A stretch of 64,000 bases of DNA. Origin: Parcubacteria group bacterium Greene0714_7 (GTDB lineage: Bacteria > Patescibacteriota > Minisyncoccia > Phycocordibacterales > Phycocordibacteraceae). Positions 46,727 to 54,318 of this stretch are shown in pieces. The notes beneath the pieces were generated by a model. It was not told where the DNA came from. It did no database searches and was given only the letters and a program-made list of their open reading frames with translations. Each line of letters starts with the position of its first letter. Positions within the stretch are counted from its first letter, which is position 1. Where the stretch lies: assembly GCA_007378985.1 (NCBI GenBank), contig VMHB01000001.1, positions 192,252-256,251 on the forward strand, read 5' to 3'. The translations under genes were made by a program, and so were the position numbers.

Positions 46727-47959
46727 TTGATAATGTCTCGTCGCTACACAGTGCAATTTCTCGTTATTTTTGCACTCCTTGCGGTTCCAGTTCTCATTTA
46801 TTTTGCTCCATCTTTTGTAGCTTTTCTTTATCACACTCTTACTTTTTTAGCCCCTCTATGGCTCCCTGTCGCACTTCTAGCGATTGCTTGGCCTCTCTGG
46901 CTCAATGTCATTCGCTCTAGATTCGTTGATTCAATTTCTTATGTCACGCTCGAATTAAAGCCGGGTGATGAAACGCCTTCTACTGCAAAAGCAATGGAGC
47001 TTGTTTTTTATTCTCTGTATCATCGGACAAACATTTCTCGAATAGATGCCTATTTCCATGGCAAAGTTCGTTCATCTTGGTCGTTTGAAGTATATGCACA
47101 CAATGGTCGTGTACGATTTTTTGCCCATGTGCCAGAAAGTTATCGTGTATTACTCGAAGGACGAATCCAAGCGGAATATCGCGATATTGATATTCATGAA
47201 GTGCGTGATTATTCAAGAGAACTTCACTTCGATCCCCTCCATATGCGACTTTCTGCACGCGAATACACTCTCGCAAAACCAGATCCGTATCCACTAAAAA
47301 CCTACGTCTCATATGAAGGTGGGCAGGGGAAACGAGATGTCTTTGGTGAAATTGTAGAAGGGTTAGCGCATACCAATACACATGAACATGTGTTTCTTTC
47401 AATAATAATGCGACCGCATCAACGGGATCGTTACAATATTTTTGAAAATCCACGAGACACGCTTCATGAGGCAGCACACATTGAAATTAAAAAATTAGTT
47501 GGTGCACAAGGTGAAATGAGTAAGCTTGCACCAACAACTAAAACTATAGTGAGTGCTATAGAGTCAGCGTTAAACAAGCCTTCTTTCGATTGTGGCATAC
47601 GGTCTCTTTATATTGCAGACAGAGATCATTTTGATGAATCATATGAACAAAAACTCACACGTTTGCTCGACCCTTTAAACGACAATGATTTGAACAGCTT
47701 TGTTGCGTATGACCCCAATCACCGTCCTGGTTTTGTATTGTCTGAGATCTTTGGTGCAGTACCCATACTCGCCTCATCGCACCTTCTAAATTTATATCGT
47801 CGTCGAGCATTTTTTGCCCCACCGTACTATGGGAAAGCATTTGTGCTTAATACTGAAGAATTAGCAACATTATTTCACTTACCACACGCAAGCAGAGGTA
47901 GTGCACTGGCCCGTATGCGTGGTCTTACGCTGGAACCGCCTGAGAATTTGCCAGTTTAG
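46727..47959 (+). CDS. Hypothetical membrane-anchored protein
   Basis: Two N-terminal TM helices and a ~330-aa soluble domain. No motif recognised. Confidence 0.45.
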   Translation: MIMSRRYTVQFLVIFALLAVPVLIYFAPSFVAFLYHTLTFLAPLWLPVALLAIAWPLWLNVIRSRFVDSISYVTLELKPGDETPSTAKAMELVFYSLYHRTNISRIDAYFHGKVRSSWSFEVYAHNGRVRFFAHVPESYRVLLEGRIQAEYRDIDIHEVRDYSRELHFDPLHMRLSAREYTLAKPDPYPLKTYVSYEGGQGKRDVFGEIVEGLAHTNTHEHVFLSIIMRPHQRDRYNIFENPRDTLHEAAHIEIKKLVGAQGEMSKLAPTTKTIVSAIESALNKPSFDCGIRSLYIADRDHFDESYEQKLTRLLDPLNDNDLNSFVAYDPNHRPGFVLSEIFGAVPILASSHLLNLYRRRAFFAPPYYGKAFVLNTEELATLFHLPHASRGSALARMRGLTLEPPENLPV

Positions 47960-47979
47960 AAGAAGGTTCTAGTTTTTAG

Positions 47980-48948
47980 GTGCTAGCTTTTAAAATGGAA
48001 AAAAATACTAAAAAAATAATCTATAGCATTTCGGGAGTTCTGATTGTTTTTCTTTTTGCTACCTACGGTGCATTTTTTGCACCTCCACTTAGTTTTCAGA
48101 AAGATTCCATTGTCACAATTTCCTCAGGGACGGGCGTACAAGAGGCTGGGGAATTGTTGAAAGCAAAGAGTGTTATTCAATCTCCATTCGTGTTTTCAAT
48201 ACTTGTTCGATTTATCTACCCCTCAGGTATTATCGCTAACCACTATTCGTTTTCTAAGCCCCAGTCAGTATTGACTGTTGCGTACCGTCTTGCAAAAGGG
48301 AAAACAGATTTGGTGCCCCTTAAAGTAACTATCCCAGAAGGCTCTAGTTCTTTCGAGATTTCAAACATCCTTGAGGGCACACTTAAGGATTTTGATTCGG
48401 TAACTTTCAAGGCACTCGCAAAATCACAAGAGGGATACTTGTTTCCTGACACCTACTTTTTCTTACCAGGAACCACACCCGACGTAGTGATTGATACGAT
48501 GCGTAAAAACTTTGATGAAAAAATAAAACCACTTGAGAGCGATATTGTTATATTTGGGAAACCAATGAGTGAGATACTCACAATGGCTTCTATTCTTGAA
48601 AGGGAAGCACGTCAGAGTGAAACTAGGAGAATGGTCGCGGGAATATTGTGGAAGCGAATATCTATTGGCATGCCACTTCAGGTTGACGCAGTGTTTGGCT
48701 ATATTTTTCAAAAGAGTGGCTATGCTCCAACGCTCACTGATTTACAAACTGATTCTCTCTACAATACATATTTACATAGAGGACTTCCACCAATGCCCAT
48801 TGGTAACCCTGGTCTTGAGGCAATACAGGACGCCGTCACGCCTACAAAAAATCCTTACCTCTATTACTTAACTGATACAGATGGGAATATATACTATGCA
48901 AAGACATTTGCGGAACATCGGCTCAACAAACTAAAAGCCAGAAACTAA
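47980..48948 (+). CDS. mltG: YceG/MltG-like endolytic transglycosylase (paralog 2)
   Basis: N-terminal TM plus the signature SLYNTYLHRGLPPMPIGNPGLEAI. Confidence 0.8.
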   Translation: MLAFKMEKNTKKIIYSISGVLIVFLFATYGAFFAPPLSFQKDSIVTISSGTGVQEAGELLKAKSVIQSPFVFSILVRFIYPSGIIANHYSFSKPQSVLTVAYRLAKGKTDLVPLKVTIPEGSSSFEISNILEGTLKDFDSVTFKALAKSQEGYLFPDTYFFLPGTTPDVVIDTMRKNFDEKIKPLESDIVIFGKPMSEILTMASILEREARQSETRRMVAGILWKRISIGMPLQVDAVFGYIFQKSGYAPTLTDLQTDSLYNTYLHRGLPPMPIGNPGLEAIQDAVTPTKNPYLYYLTDTDGNIYYAKTFAEHRLNKLKARN

Positions 48949-48960
48949 CAAGAAATTTCC

Positions 48961-49000
48961 CCATTTCTTATATATCGATTAATCGATATATAAGAAATGG
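48961..49000. promoter_or_regulatory. Perfect 40-bp palindrome immediately upstream of a consensus promoter
   Basis: ccatttcttatatatcgattaatcgatatataagaaatgg. Confidence 0.5.
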
Positions 49001-49007
49001 ACATGGG

Positions 49008-49036
49008 TTGACAAAATATGATTAAGCTAGTATATT
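49008..49036 (+). promoter_or_regulatory. Sigma70-like promoter (TTGACA-N17-TATATT); downstream ORF appears leaderless
   Basis: The ATG at 49043 is 6-7 nt after the -10. Confidence 0.45.
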
Positions 49037-49042
49037 ACACAG

Positions 49043-49315
49043 ATGGCAGGAGAAGATTATATAGGAGATCGGGTTCGTAGGGGAATCCCTGTTTTAAAGG
49101 CAACTGAGGCTTTGGCAGTAGTTGCTGGTGTTTCTGTACCTGTAGCAGTGGGGCACTTACTTATAGCAGGATTACTTACTCCACCTCTCGGAGCTATTGC
49201 TGCCGGTACTTTTGCGACTTCAGCACTTGTTTTTTGGTTAGCACGAGGATACAGAAAAGGTAGAGAGAGCGTTCTTGATCATTGGAACAAATGGCCAGTC
49301 AGACCCGGTAAATGA
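49043..49315 (+). CDS. Hypothetical small membrane protein (90 aa)
   Basis: Two hydrophobic helices (…VVAGVSVPVAVGHLLIAGLLTPPLGAIAAGTFATSALVFWLA…). Confidence 0.4.
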   Translation: MAGEDYIGDRVRRGIPVLKATEALAVVAGVSVPVAVGHLLIAGLLTPPLGAIAAGTFATSALVFWLARGYRKGRESVLDHWNKWPVRPGK

Positions 49316-49344
49316 TACTAAAATCGACTTTAAAGTAATATTTT

Positions 49345-49533
49345 ATGTCTTCAGGAAAAAGAGAAACACTTCGAATACAAGGTGAGCGCAATTTTGCGAG
49401 ACTTGTAGATAACATAAGAAGCGCAACTAGTAGAGCTCTGGAGCAGATGACCGAAGACTGGAGTTGCACTGTCTGTGGGCTTGCAGGAATACCTGAAGGT
49501 AGTAGATGTCCAACTTGTAATCCATATAAATAA
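49345..49533 (+). CDS. Hypothetical small zinc-ribbon protein
   Basis: C-terminal CTVCG…CPTC pair of CxxC motifs. Confidence 0.35.
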   Translation: MSSGKRETLRIQGERNFARLVDNIRSATSRALEQMTEDWSCTVCGLAGIPEGSRCPTCNPYK

Positions 49534-49581
49534 TTTTTCTTAAAACTGGAAGACTGGGGCTTGAGGCTATAGACTGTCTTC

Positions 49582-50610
49582 ATGGATACTGTTTTTGTAG
49601 GACTCTCTGGAGGTGTTGATTCTGCAGTTTCCGCGTATCTTTTGAAGAAGCAAGGATACAAAGTAGTGGGCGCTTTTATAAAGGGCTGGGAACCTGATTT
49701 TTTGCCATGCACCGGTGTTCGTGATCGTTTGGAAGCAATGAGGGTGGCAGCTCACCTCGGCATTCCATTCGTTACTTACGACTTGTCAGAAGAATATAAG
49801 CGGGGAGTCGTTGATTATTTTGTTAGTGAATACAAGCTCGGTAGGACACCTAATCCTGATGTCATGTGTAATCGAGTTATAAAATTTGGTGCATTTTGGG
49901 AAAAAGCAAAAGCAGATGGAGCCAATCTAATTGCAACCGGCCATTACGTCCAAAAGAAGATGGCAGATGGCAGTTTTCAGATGGCAGTCTCGGAAGATAT
50001 GGAGAAAGATCAAACATATTTTTTGTGGACATTGACACAAGAGGATCTTAGTCATTCTTTCTTTCCAGTAGGTGGACTTGAAAAAAGTGAAGTCAGGCGA
50101 CTTGCACTTGAAGCAAATCTACCAAATGCCTCACGCGCCGACTCGCAAGGGCTTTGTTTTTTAGGGCATGTTGATATGCACGCATTTTTAAAGCGATATC
50201 TACCAACTGAAATAGGTGTTGTGCGAGATGAAAATGGAAAGTCTATTGGTAGTCATGATGGAATTTGGTTTTATACTCTTGGTCAACGGCACGGCTTCGG
50301 TTCTCTTGGAGGTGAACGTTTGTATGTGGTAGCAAAAGATCGTACGAAAAACGAATTAATTGTTTCTACAAGTCCTCTTGGAGAAAATGCGGAGAAATCA
50401 TTTGCATTAACTAATGAGAGTTCGGTAGATGGCTCTCCACTAGTAGGGAAATATTTGGGTCGCTATCGGTATCGTCAGACATTATTGCCTGTGGAAATTC
50501 ATGACGGACAGGCTTCTTTTGACACTCCGCAACGGATAGCCTCTGGGCAGTCGCTCGTGGTGTATGACGAGAGAGGGGAAATAATGCATGGTGGTGCTAT
50601 TATTGAGTAA
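49582..50610 (+). CDS. mnmA: tRNA-specific 2-thiouridylase
   Basis: PP-loop SGGVDSAV and conserved catalytic cysteines. 342 aa. Confidence 0.9.
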   Translation: MDTVFVGLSGGVDSAVSAYLLKKQGYKVVGAFIKGWEPDFLPCTGVRDRLEAMRVAAHLGIPFVTYDLSEEYKRGVVDYFVSEYKLGRTPNPDVMCNRVIKFGAFWEKAKADGANLIATGHYVQKKMADGSFQMAVSEDMEKDQTYFLWTLTQEDLSHSFFPVGGLEKSEVRRLALEANLPNASRADSQGLCFLGHVDMHAFLKRYLPTEIGVVRDENGKSIGSHDGIWFYTLGQRHGFGSLGGERLYVVAKDRTKNELIVSTSPLGENAEKSFALTNESSVDGSPLVGKYLGRYRYRQTLLPVEIHDGQASFDTPQRIASGQSLVVYDERGEIMHGGAIIE

Positions 50611-50612
50611 CT

Positions 50613-51446
50613 ATGTCGTTGCCTATTATTATAAAAGGAGATGGAAACAAAGAGTCTTTTGCAATAGAAAAACTTACCGAATCTCTGCGTCGCTCAGGAA
50701 CAGATGAGCATTTAGCAGAAGCTGTAGCAAAGCGCGTTGGTGCGACCGTTAAAGACGGTATGACTACTACCGCTATTTACCAAGAAGCTTTCAAAGTACT
50801 CCGCAAGGAGGAGCGTGTTTCAGCAGCCCGATATTCAATGCGCCGAGCTATTCTTGATTTAGGGCCTACTGGTTTTCCATTTGAGAAATTTGTTGCCGCG
50901 CTCATGCATGCAAAAGGATACGAAACTTCGTATGGCATCACGGTGCAGGGAAGATGTATTGATCATGAAGTTGATGTAGTAATGCGAAAAGATGGAAAGG
51001 CAATTGGCGCTGAATTAAAATTTCATAATACCCCCGGATTTAAAACAGATCTAAAGACCGCACTCTATGTGCGTGCAAGATATTGGGATATTCAATGGGG
51101 GGCTGAAGACAGGGAAGAGAAGGCTGGTATTGACGAAGGATGGCTTGTGACGAATACAAAGTTTACTTCGAAAGCTATCCAATATTCAAATTGTTCGGGC
51201 ATTAAACTTCTTGGGTGGAGTTATCCTGATGGCGCCAGTCTTTCTGACTTTATTCGAGAGACGGGTGTCTATCCCATAACGATCTTAACGACACTCTCAC
51301 AAGCAGAAAAAAATCGACTTCTTCAGTCTGGCGTAACAATGTGTCACATGGTAATGAGTGATCCCGATTCACTAAAGCGAATTGGTATTCCAGCAAAAAA
51401 ACAAAGTGAGGTAGTTGCAGAGAGTAAGGCAATTTGTCAGCTGTAA
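50613..51446 (+). CDS. ATP-cone domain fused to a restriction-endonuclease-like (Mrr catalytic, PD-(D/E)xK) domain
   Basis: N-terminus IIKGDGNKESFAIEKLTESLRRSG…AVAKRV…AARYSMRR fits an ATP-cone. Middle …GRCIDHEVDVVMRKDGKAIGAELKFHN fits the Mrr_cat D…(D/E)xK core. Confidence 0.6.
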   Translation: MSLPIIIKGDGNKESFAIEKLTESLRRSGTDEHLAEAVAKRVGATVKDGMTTTAIYQEAFKVLRKEERVSAARYSMRRAILDLGPTGFPFEKFVAALMHAKGYETSYGITVQGRCIDHEVDVVMRKDGKAIGAELKFHNTPGFKTDLKTALYVRARYWDIQWGAEDREEKAGIDEGWLVTNTKFTSKAIQYSNCSGIKLLGWSYPDGASLSDFIRETGVYPITILTTLSQAEKNRLLQSGVTMCHMVMSDPDSLKRIGIPAKKQSEVVAESKAICQL

Positions 51447-51470
51447 CATTGTATTTTTTCACAAAGCATT

Positions 51471-52307
51471 ATGTCGCAATACTATAAGCCACACCGTAAA
51501 GTTGATTGGAATTATGGAGGGCCTAGGTGGCGTCTGTCGCGTTCAAAAATAGATCTCTTCATTCAGTGTCCTCGTTGTTTTTATATTGATAATAAGCTTG
51601 GTACTGCACGACCTCCTGGATTTCCATTCAATTTGAACTCAGCCGTCGACAAACTTTTAAAAAAAGAGTTTGATATTCACCGAAATTCAAAAAGTACTCA
51701 TCCATTAATGAGTAAGTATGGTGTTGATGCTATCCCCTTTGAGCATAAAAAGATGGATACATGGAGAGAAAATTTTAAAGGGATTGATTGCTTCCATGCA
51801 CCTACTGGATTCACTGTTTCGGGCGCCATAGATGATGTATGGGTTAGTCCAAAAGGTGAGTTACACATTGTTGATTACAAGGCTACGAGTAAAGATGAGG
51901 AAGTAACCCTTGATGCCGAGTGGCAGGATGGATACAAGCGTCAAATGGAAGTGTACCAATGGCTATTTCGTCAAAACGAGTTCACTGTCTCTGACATGGG
52001 GTATTTTGTGTATGCGAACGGAAGAACAGATACCGAGGCATTCGATGGCAAGCTTGAGTTCGATGTAAAGGTAATCCCGTACGTCGGCAAAGCGGATTGG
52101 ATTGACGGGACTCTTTTGGAAATTAAAGCGTGCCTAGATGCCGATGTAATTCCAAAAACAGGCGAAGCGTGCGATTACTGTACGTACCGCAAAGCAGTTG
52201 GGGAAGTTCTTCAGCCATTTATAAAAAAAGATGTAGGCAGTTCAAAAATAAGTAAGGCAAAATCAAAAGATAGTGAAGATTCACATGAGCAATCCCTTTT
52301 TAGATAA
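51471..52307 (+). CDS. Cas4-like PD-(D/E)xK nuclease with 4-Cys Fe-S cluster signature (stand-alone)
   Basis: N-terminal CPRCF, core IVDYKAT (D-x-K), QMEVYQWLF (QxxxY) and C-terminal CDYCTYR: the RecB/Cas4-family arrangement. Confidence 0.6.
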   Translation: MSQYYKPHRKVDWNYGGPRWRLSRSKIDLFIQCPRCFYIDNKLGTARPPGFPFNLNSAVDKLLKKEFDIHRNSKSTHPLMSKYGVDAIPFEHKKMDTWRENFKGIDCFHAPTGFTVSGAIDDVWVSPKGELHIVDYKATSKDEEVTLDAEWQDGYKRQMEVYQWLFRQNEFTVSDMGYFVYANGRTDTEAFDGKLEFDVKVIPYVGKADWIDGTLLEIKACLDADVIPKTGEACDYCTYRKAVGEVLQPFIKKDVGSSKISKAKSKDSEDSHEQSLFR

Positions 52308-52353
52308 TTTTTTAAATTAACGACTAGTGTCTACAAATTTCTTTTTTGCATGA

Positions 52354-52393
52354 CTGAGAAACTTATTTCCATATATGGAAATAAGTTTCTCAG
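52354..52393. promoter_or_regulatory. Perfect 40-bp palindrome overlapping the 3' end of the second yerC-like gene
   Basis: ctgagaaacttatttccatatatggaaataagtttctcag, with a CCATATATGG core. Confidence 0.55.
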
Positions 52394-52830
52394 TCTAATT
52401 TTTTCTTTTTTGGTTCTGGAAATAGAAGAAAATGCAACGGGTATTTGCGTTTAAGTGCTCTGAAAGAAAATGGACCATAGTTCGCCTCAAAAAGGTTTTC
52501 CCTCTTTTTGAATTCTTTATCCATGCTTTTGATTGCTTCCTCGAATCCAGGAAATTGATCTTGAAGCCATCGTTCTACTCGGTATATGGTTGCCAATCCA
52601 ACGCGTAGTTTTGTGGCGATGTCATTAGCTCGTTCGCCTTGGATAAGGAGTCGAGCTATCCAAATTCGCCTTCCAAGCATGATTCTCTCGCTTTCAGTGA
52701 GAAGATCGCGCAGGAAGAGTTTCATTGTGCTTCGTCCGCGAACTGATCCCGCTGCAGTGTAGAGAATATCTAGTGTTTTCATTTTCTCCTCCTTTCCAAG
52801 GTCGCTAGATTTTCTTTTCATACTGAACAT
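52390..52830 (-). CDS. TrpR-like DNA-binding protein, YerC/YecD family (paralog 2)
   Basis: 146 aa. Clear paralog of the 6358-6786 protein (LDILYTAAGSVRGRSTMKLFLRDLLTESERIMLGRRIWIARLL…KRKYPLHFLLFP). Confidence 0.8.
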   Translation of the reverse strand: MFSMKRKSSDLGKEEKMKTLDILYTAAGSVRGRSTMKLFLRDLLTESERIMLGRRIWIARLLIQGERANDIATKLRVGLATIYRVERWLQDQFPGFEEAIKSMDKEFKKRENLFEANYGPFSFRALKRKYPLHFLLFPEPKKKKLD

Positions 52831-52832
52831 AT

Positions 52833-52850
52833 TTTCATATATGGAAATAT
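52833..52850. promoter_or_regulatory. Near-palindromic TTTTCATATATGGAAA site immediately upstream of the yerC paralog-2 start
   Basis: Half-sites TTTTCATAT and ATATGGAAA, 3-8 bp from the start codon (minus strand). Confidence 0.5.
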
Positions 52851-52874
52851 CTGCACGAAAACATGGTGTATAAC

Positions 52875-52918
52875 TTCACTCACATGTATTTCCATATATG
52901 GAAATACATGTGAGTGAA
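52875..52918. promoter_or_regulatory. Perfect 44-bp palindrome with CCATATATGG core upstream of yerC paralog 2
   Basis: ttcactcacatgtatttccatatatggaaatacatgtgagtgaa. Confidence 0.55.
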
Positions 52919-52969
52919 CAGATTTGGGCGTGCAAGATGAGCTAGGCAAAAGGGTGGTATATTTGATAA

Positions 52970-53257
52970 ATGGTGCAGGTATTTTCAAAGAAGTTCAAAG
53001 ATGATTTCAGGGCTCGAGTGGTGGCGGTGGTAAAGAAAATACCGCGCGGAAAAACTATGAGTTATGGGCAGGTTGCTCTGGCAGCTGGGCGTCCAAATGC
53101 AGGAAGGGCAGTTGGAACTATTATGGCGGGAAATCAGGATAAGGGCGTGCCGTGTCACCGAGTGATTCGCTCTGATGGGAAAATTGGGGGCTACAACGGT
53201 CTTCGAGATGGTTTGAGTAAGGAAGAACTTTTAAGAAAGGAAGGGGCGATTAAATAG
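52970..53257 (+). CDS. ogt: Methylated-DNA--protein-cysteine methyltransferase (DNA-binding/active-site domain only)
   Basis: Active-site motif VPCHRVIRSDGKIGGY. At 95 aa it is the C-terminal domain alone. Confidence 0.8.
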   Translation: MVQVFSKKFKDDFRARVVAVVKKIPRGKTMSYGQVALAAGRPNAGRAVGTIMAGNQDKGVPCHRVIRSDGKIGGYNGLRDGLSKEELLRKEGAIK

Positions 53258-53325
53258 ATTCAAGGTACAGGATTCAAGAAGCAAGAATTAAAAAACCTTT
53301 ACTCCTGAATCGCGAATCTTACTTC

Positions 53326-54009
53326 TTGAATGCAAGGCATATGGAAATACGCATTGAGCAATCTTGGAAAGAAAAATTGAAAGAGGAATTTGAAAAGCCA
53401 TATTTCAAAACACTGATTTCATTTGTTAAAGATGCCTATACAAAAGGTTCGGTATACCCACATCCAAAAAATATCTTCCGTGCGTTTGATTTATGTCCAT
53501 TTGGTGCGGTTAAGGTAGTTATCTTGGGTCAGGATCCGTATCACGGAGAAGGCCAGGCAAATGGCCTTTCGTTTGCAGTAGAGGAAGGAGTACGACCACC
53601 GCCATCGCTTCAAAATATTTTCAAAGAAATTCAATCAGATATTGGTAAGCCTCTTGTTCATACGAACGGTGACTTATCAAGGTGGGCAACGCAGGGAGTA
53701 CTACTTTTAAACGCAACGCTCACTGTGCAAGCGAATACGGCAGGCTCGCATCAGGGTAAAGGTTGGGAAGAGTTTACTGATGCGGCAATTAAATTACTTT
53801 CAGAAGAACGTGAACACCTAGTGTTTATTCTTTGGGGTAATTATGCCAAAGCAAAAGGTGCGCATATTGATCGCACTAAACATCTTGTTATTGAATCGCC
53901 ACACCCATCACCTTTCTCGGCCTTTAGTGGATTTTTTGGAAGTAAACCTTTCAGTAAAACAAACACGTATCTTATGGTTAAGGGACACGCTCCTATTGAT
54001 TGGCTCTGA
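53326..54009 (+). CDS. ung: Uracil-DNA glycosylase (family 1)
   Basis: VVILGQDPYHGEGQANGLSF water-activating loop, HPSPFS and C-terminal motifs. Confidence 0.9.
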   Translation: MNARHMEIRIEQSWKEKLKEEFEKPYFKTLISFVKDAYTKGSVYPHPKNIFRAFDLCPFGAVKVVILGQDPYHGEGQANGLSFAVEEGVRPPPSLQNIFKEIQSDIGKPLVHTNGDLSRWATQGVLLLNATLTVQANTAGSHQGKGWEEFTDAAIKLLSEEREHLVFILWGNYAKAKGAHIDRTKHLVIESPHPSPFSAFSGFFGSKPFSKTNTYLMVKGHAPIDWL

Positions 54010-54079
54010 ATGTTATCCACTTATGTTCTACTTGTACCCGTAATCAATTTATGTGGGTGATACAAATAAAAAGTAAGTT

Positions 54080-54301
54080 ATGGGTGCACACTGTTCAGAA
54101 CGTCATCTGGTGGATAAATTGAGAGATTTAGGATTTGAAGGGCCTGTCCCCGGTGGCCATCATAAGAAAATGACGAGAGATGGAAAAACAGTTGCAATAC
54201 CGAACACACATGGGAGCGGTCAACTCGACATTTGCGCAAAACTTCTTTTTAAAATTTTACGAGAGGGAGGGGTTACAAAAGATGAGTGGCGTCAGAATTA
54301 A
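54080..54301 (+). CDS. HicA/YcfA-like mRNA interferase family protein (no adjacent HicB)
   Basis: …GGHHKKMTRDGKTVAIPNTHGSGQLDICAKLLFKILREGGV… fits the HicA fold pattern (GSHH…, …PVH…, …ILKQAG). Confidence 0.5.
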   Translation: MGAHCSERHLVDKLRDLGFEGPVPGGHHKKMTRDGKTVAIPNTHGSGQLDICAKLLFKILREGGVTKDEWRQN

Positions 54302-54318
54302 TTCCTTAATTAATACCT

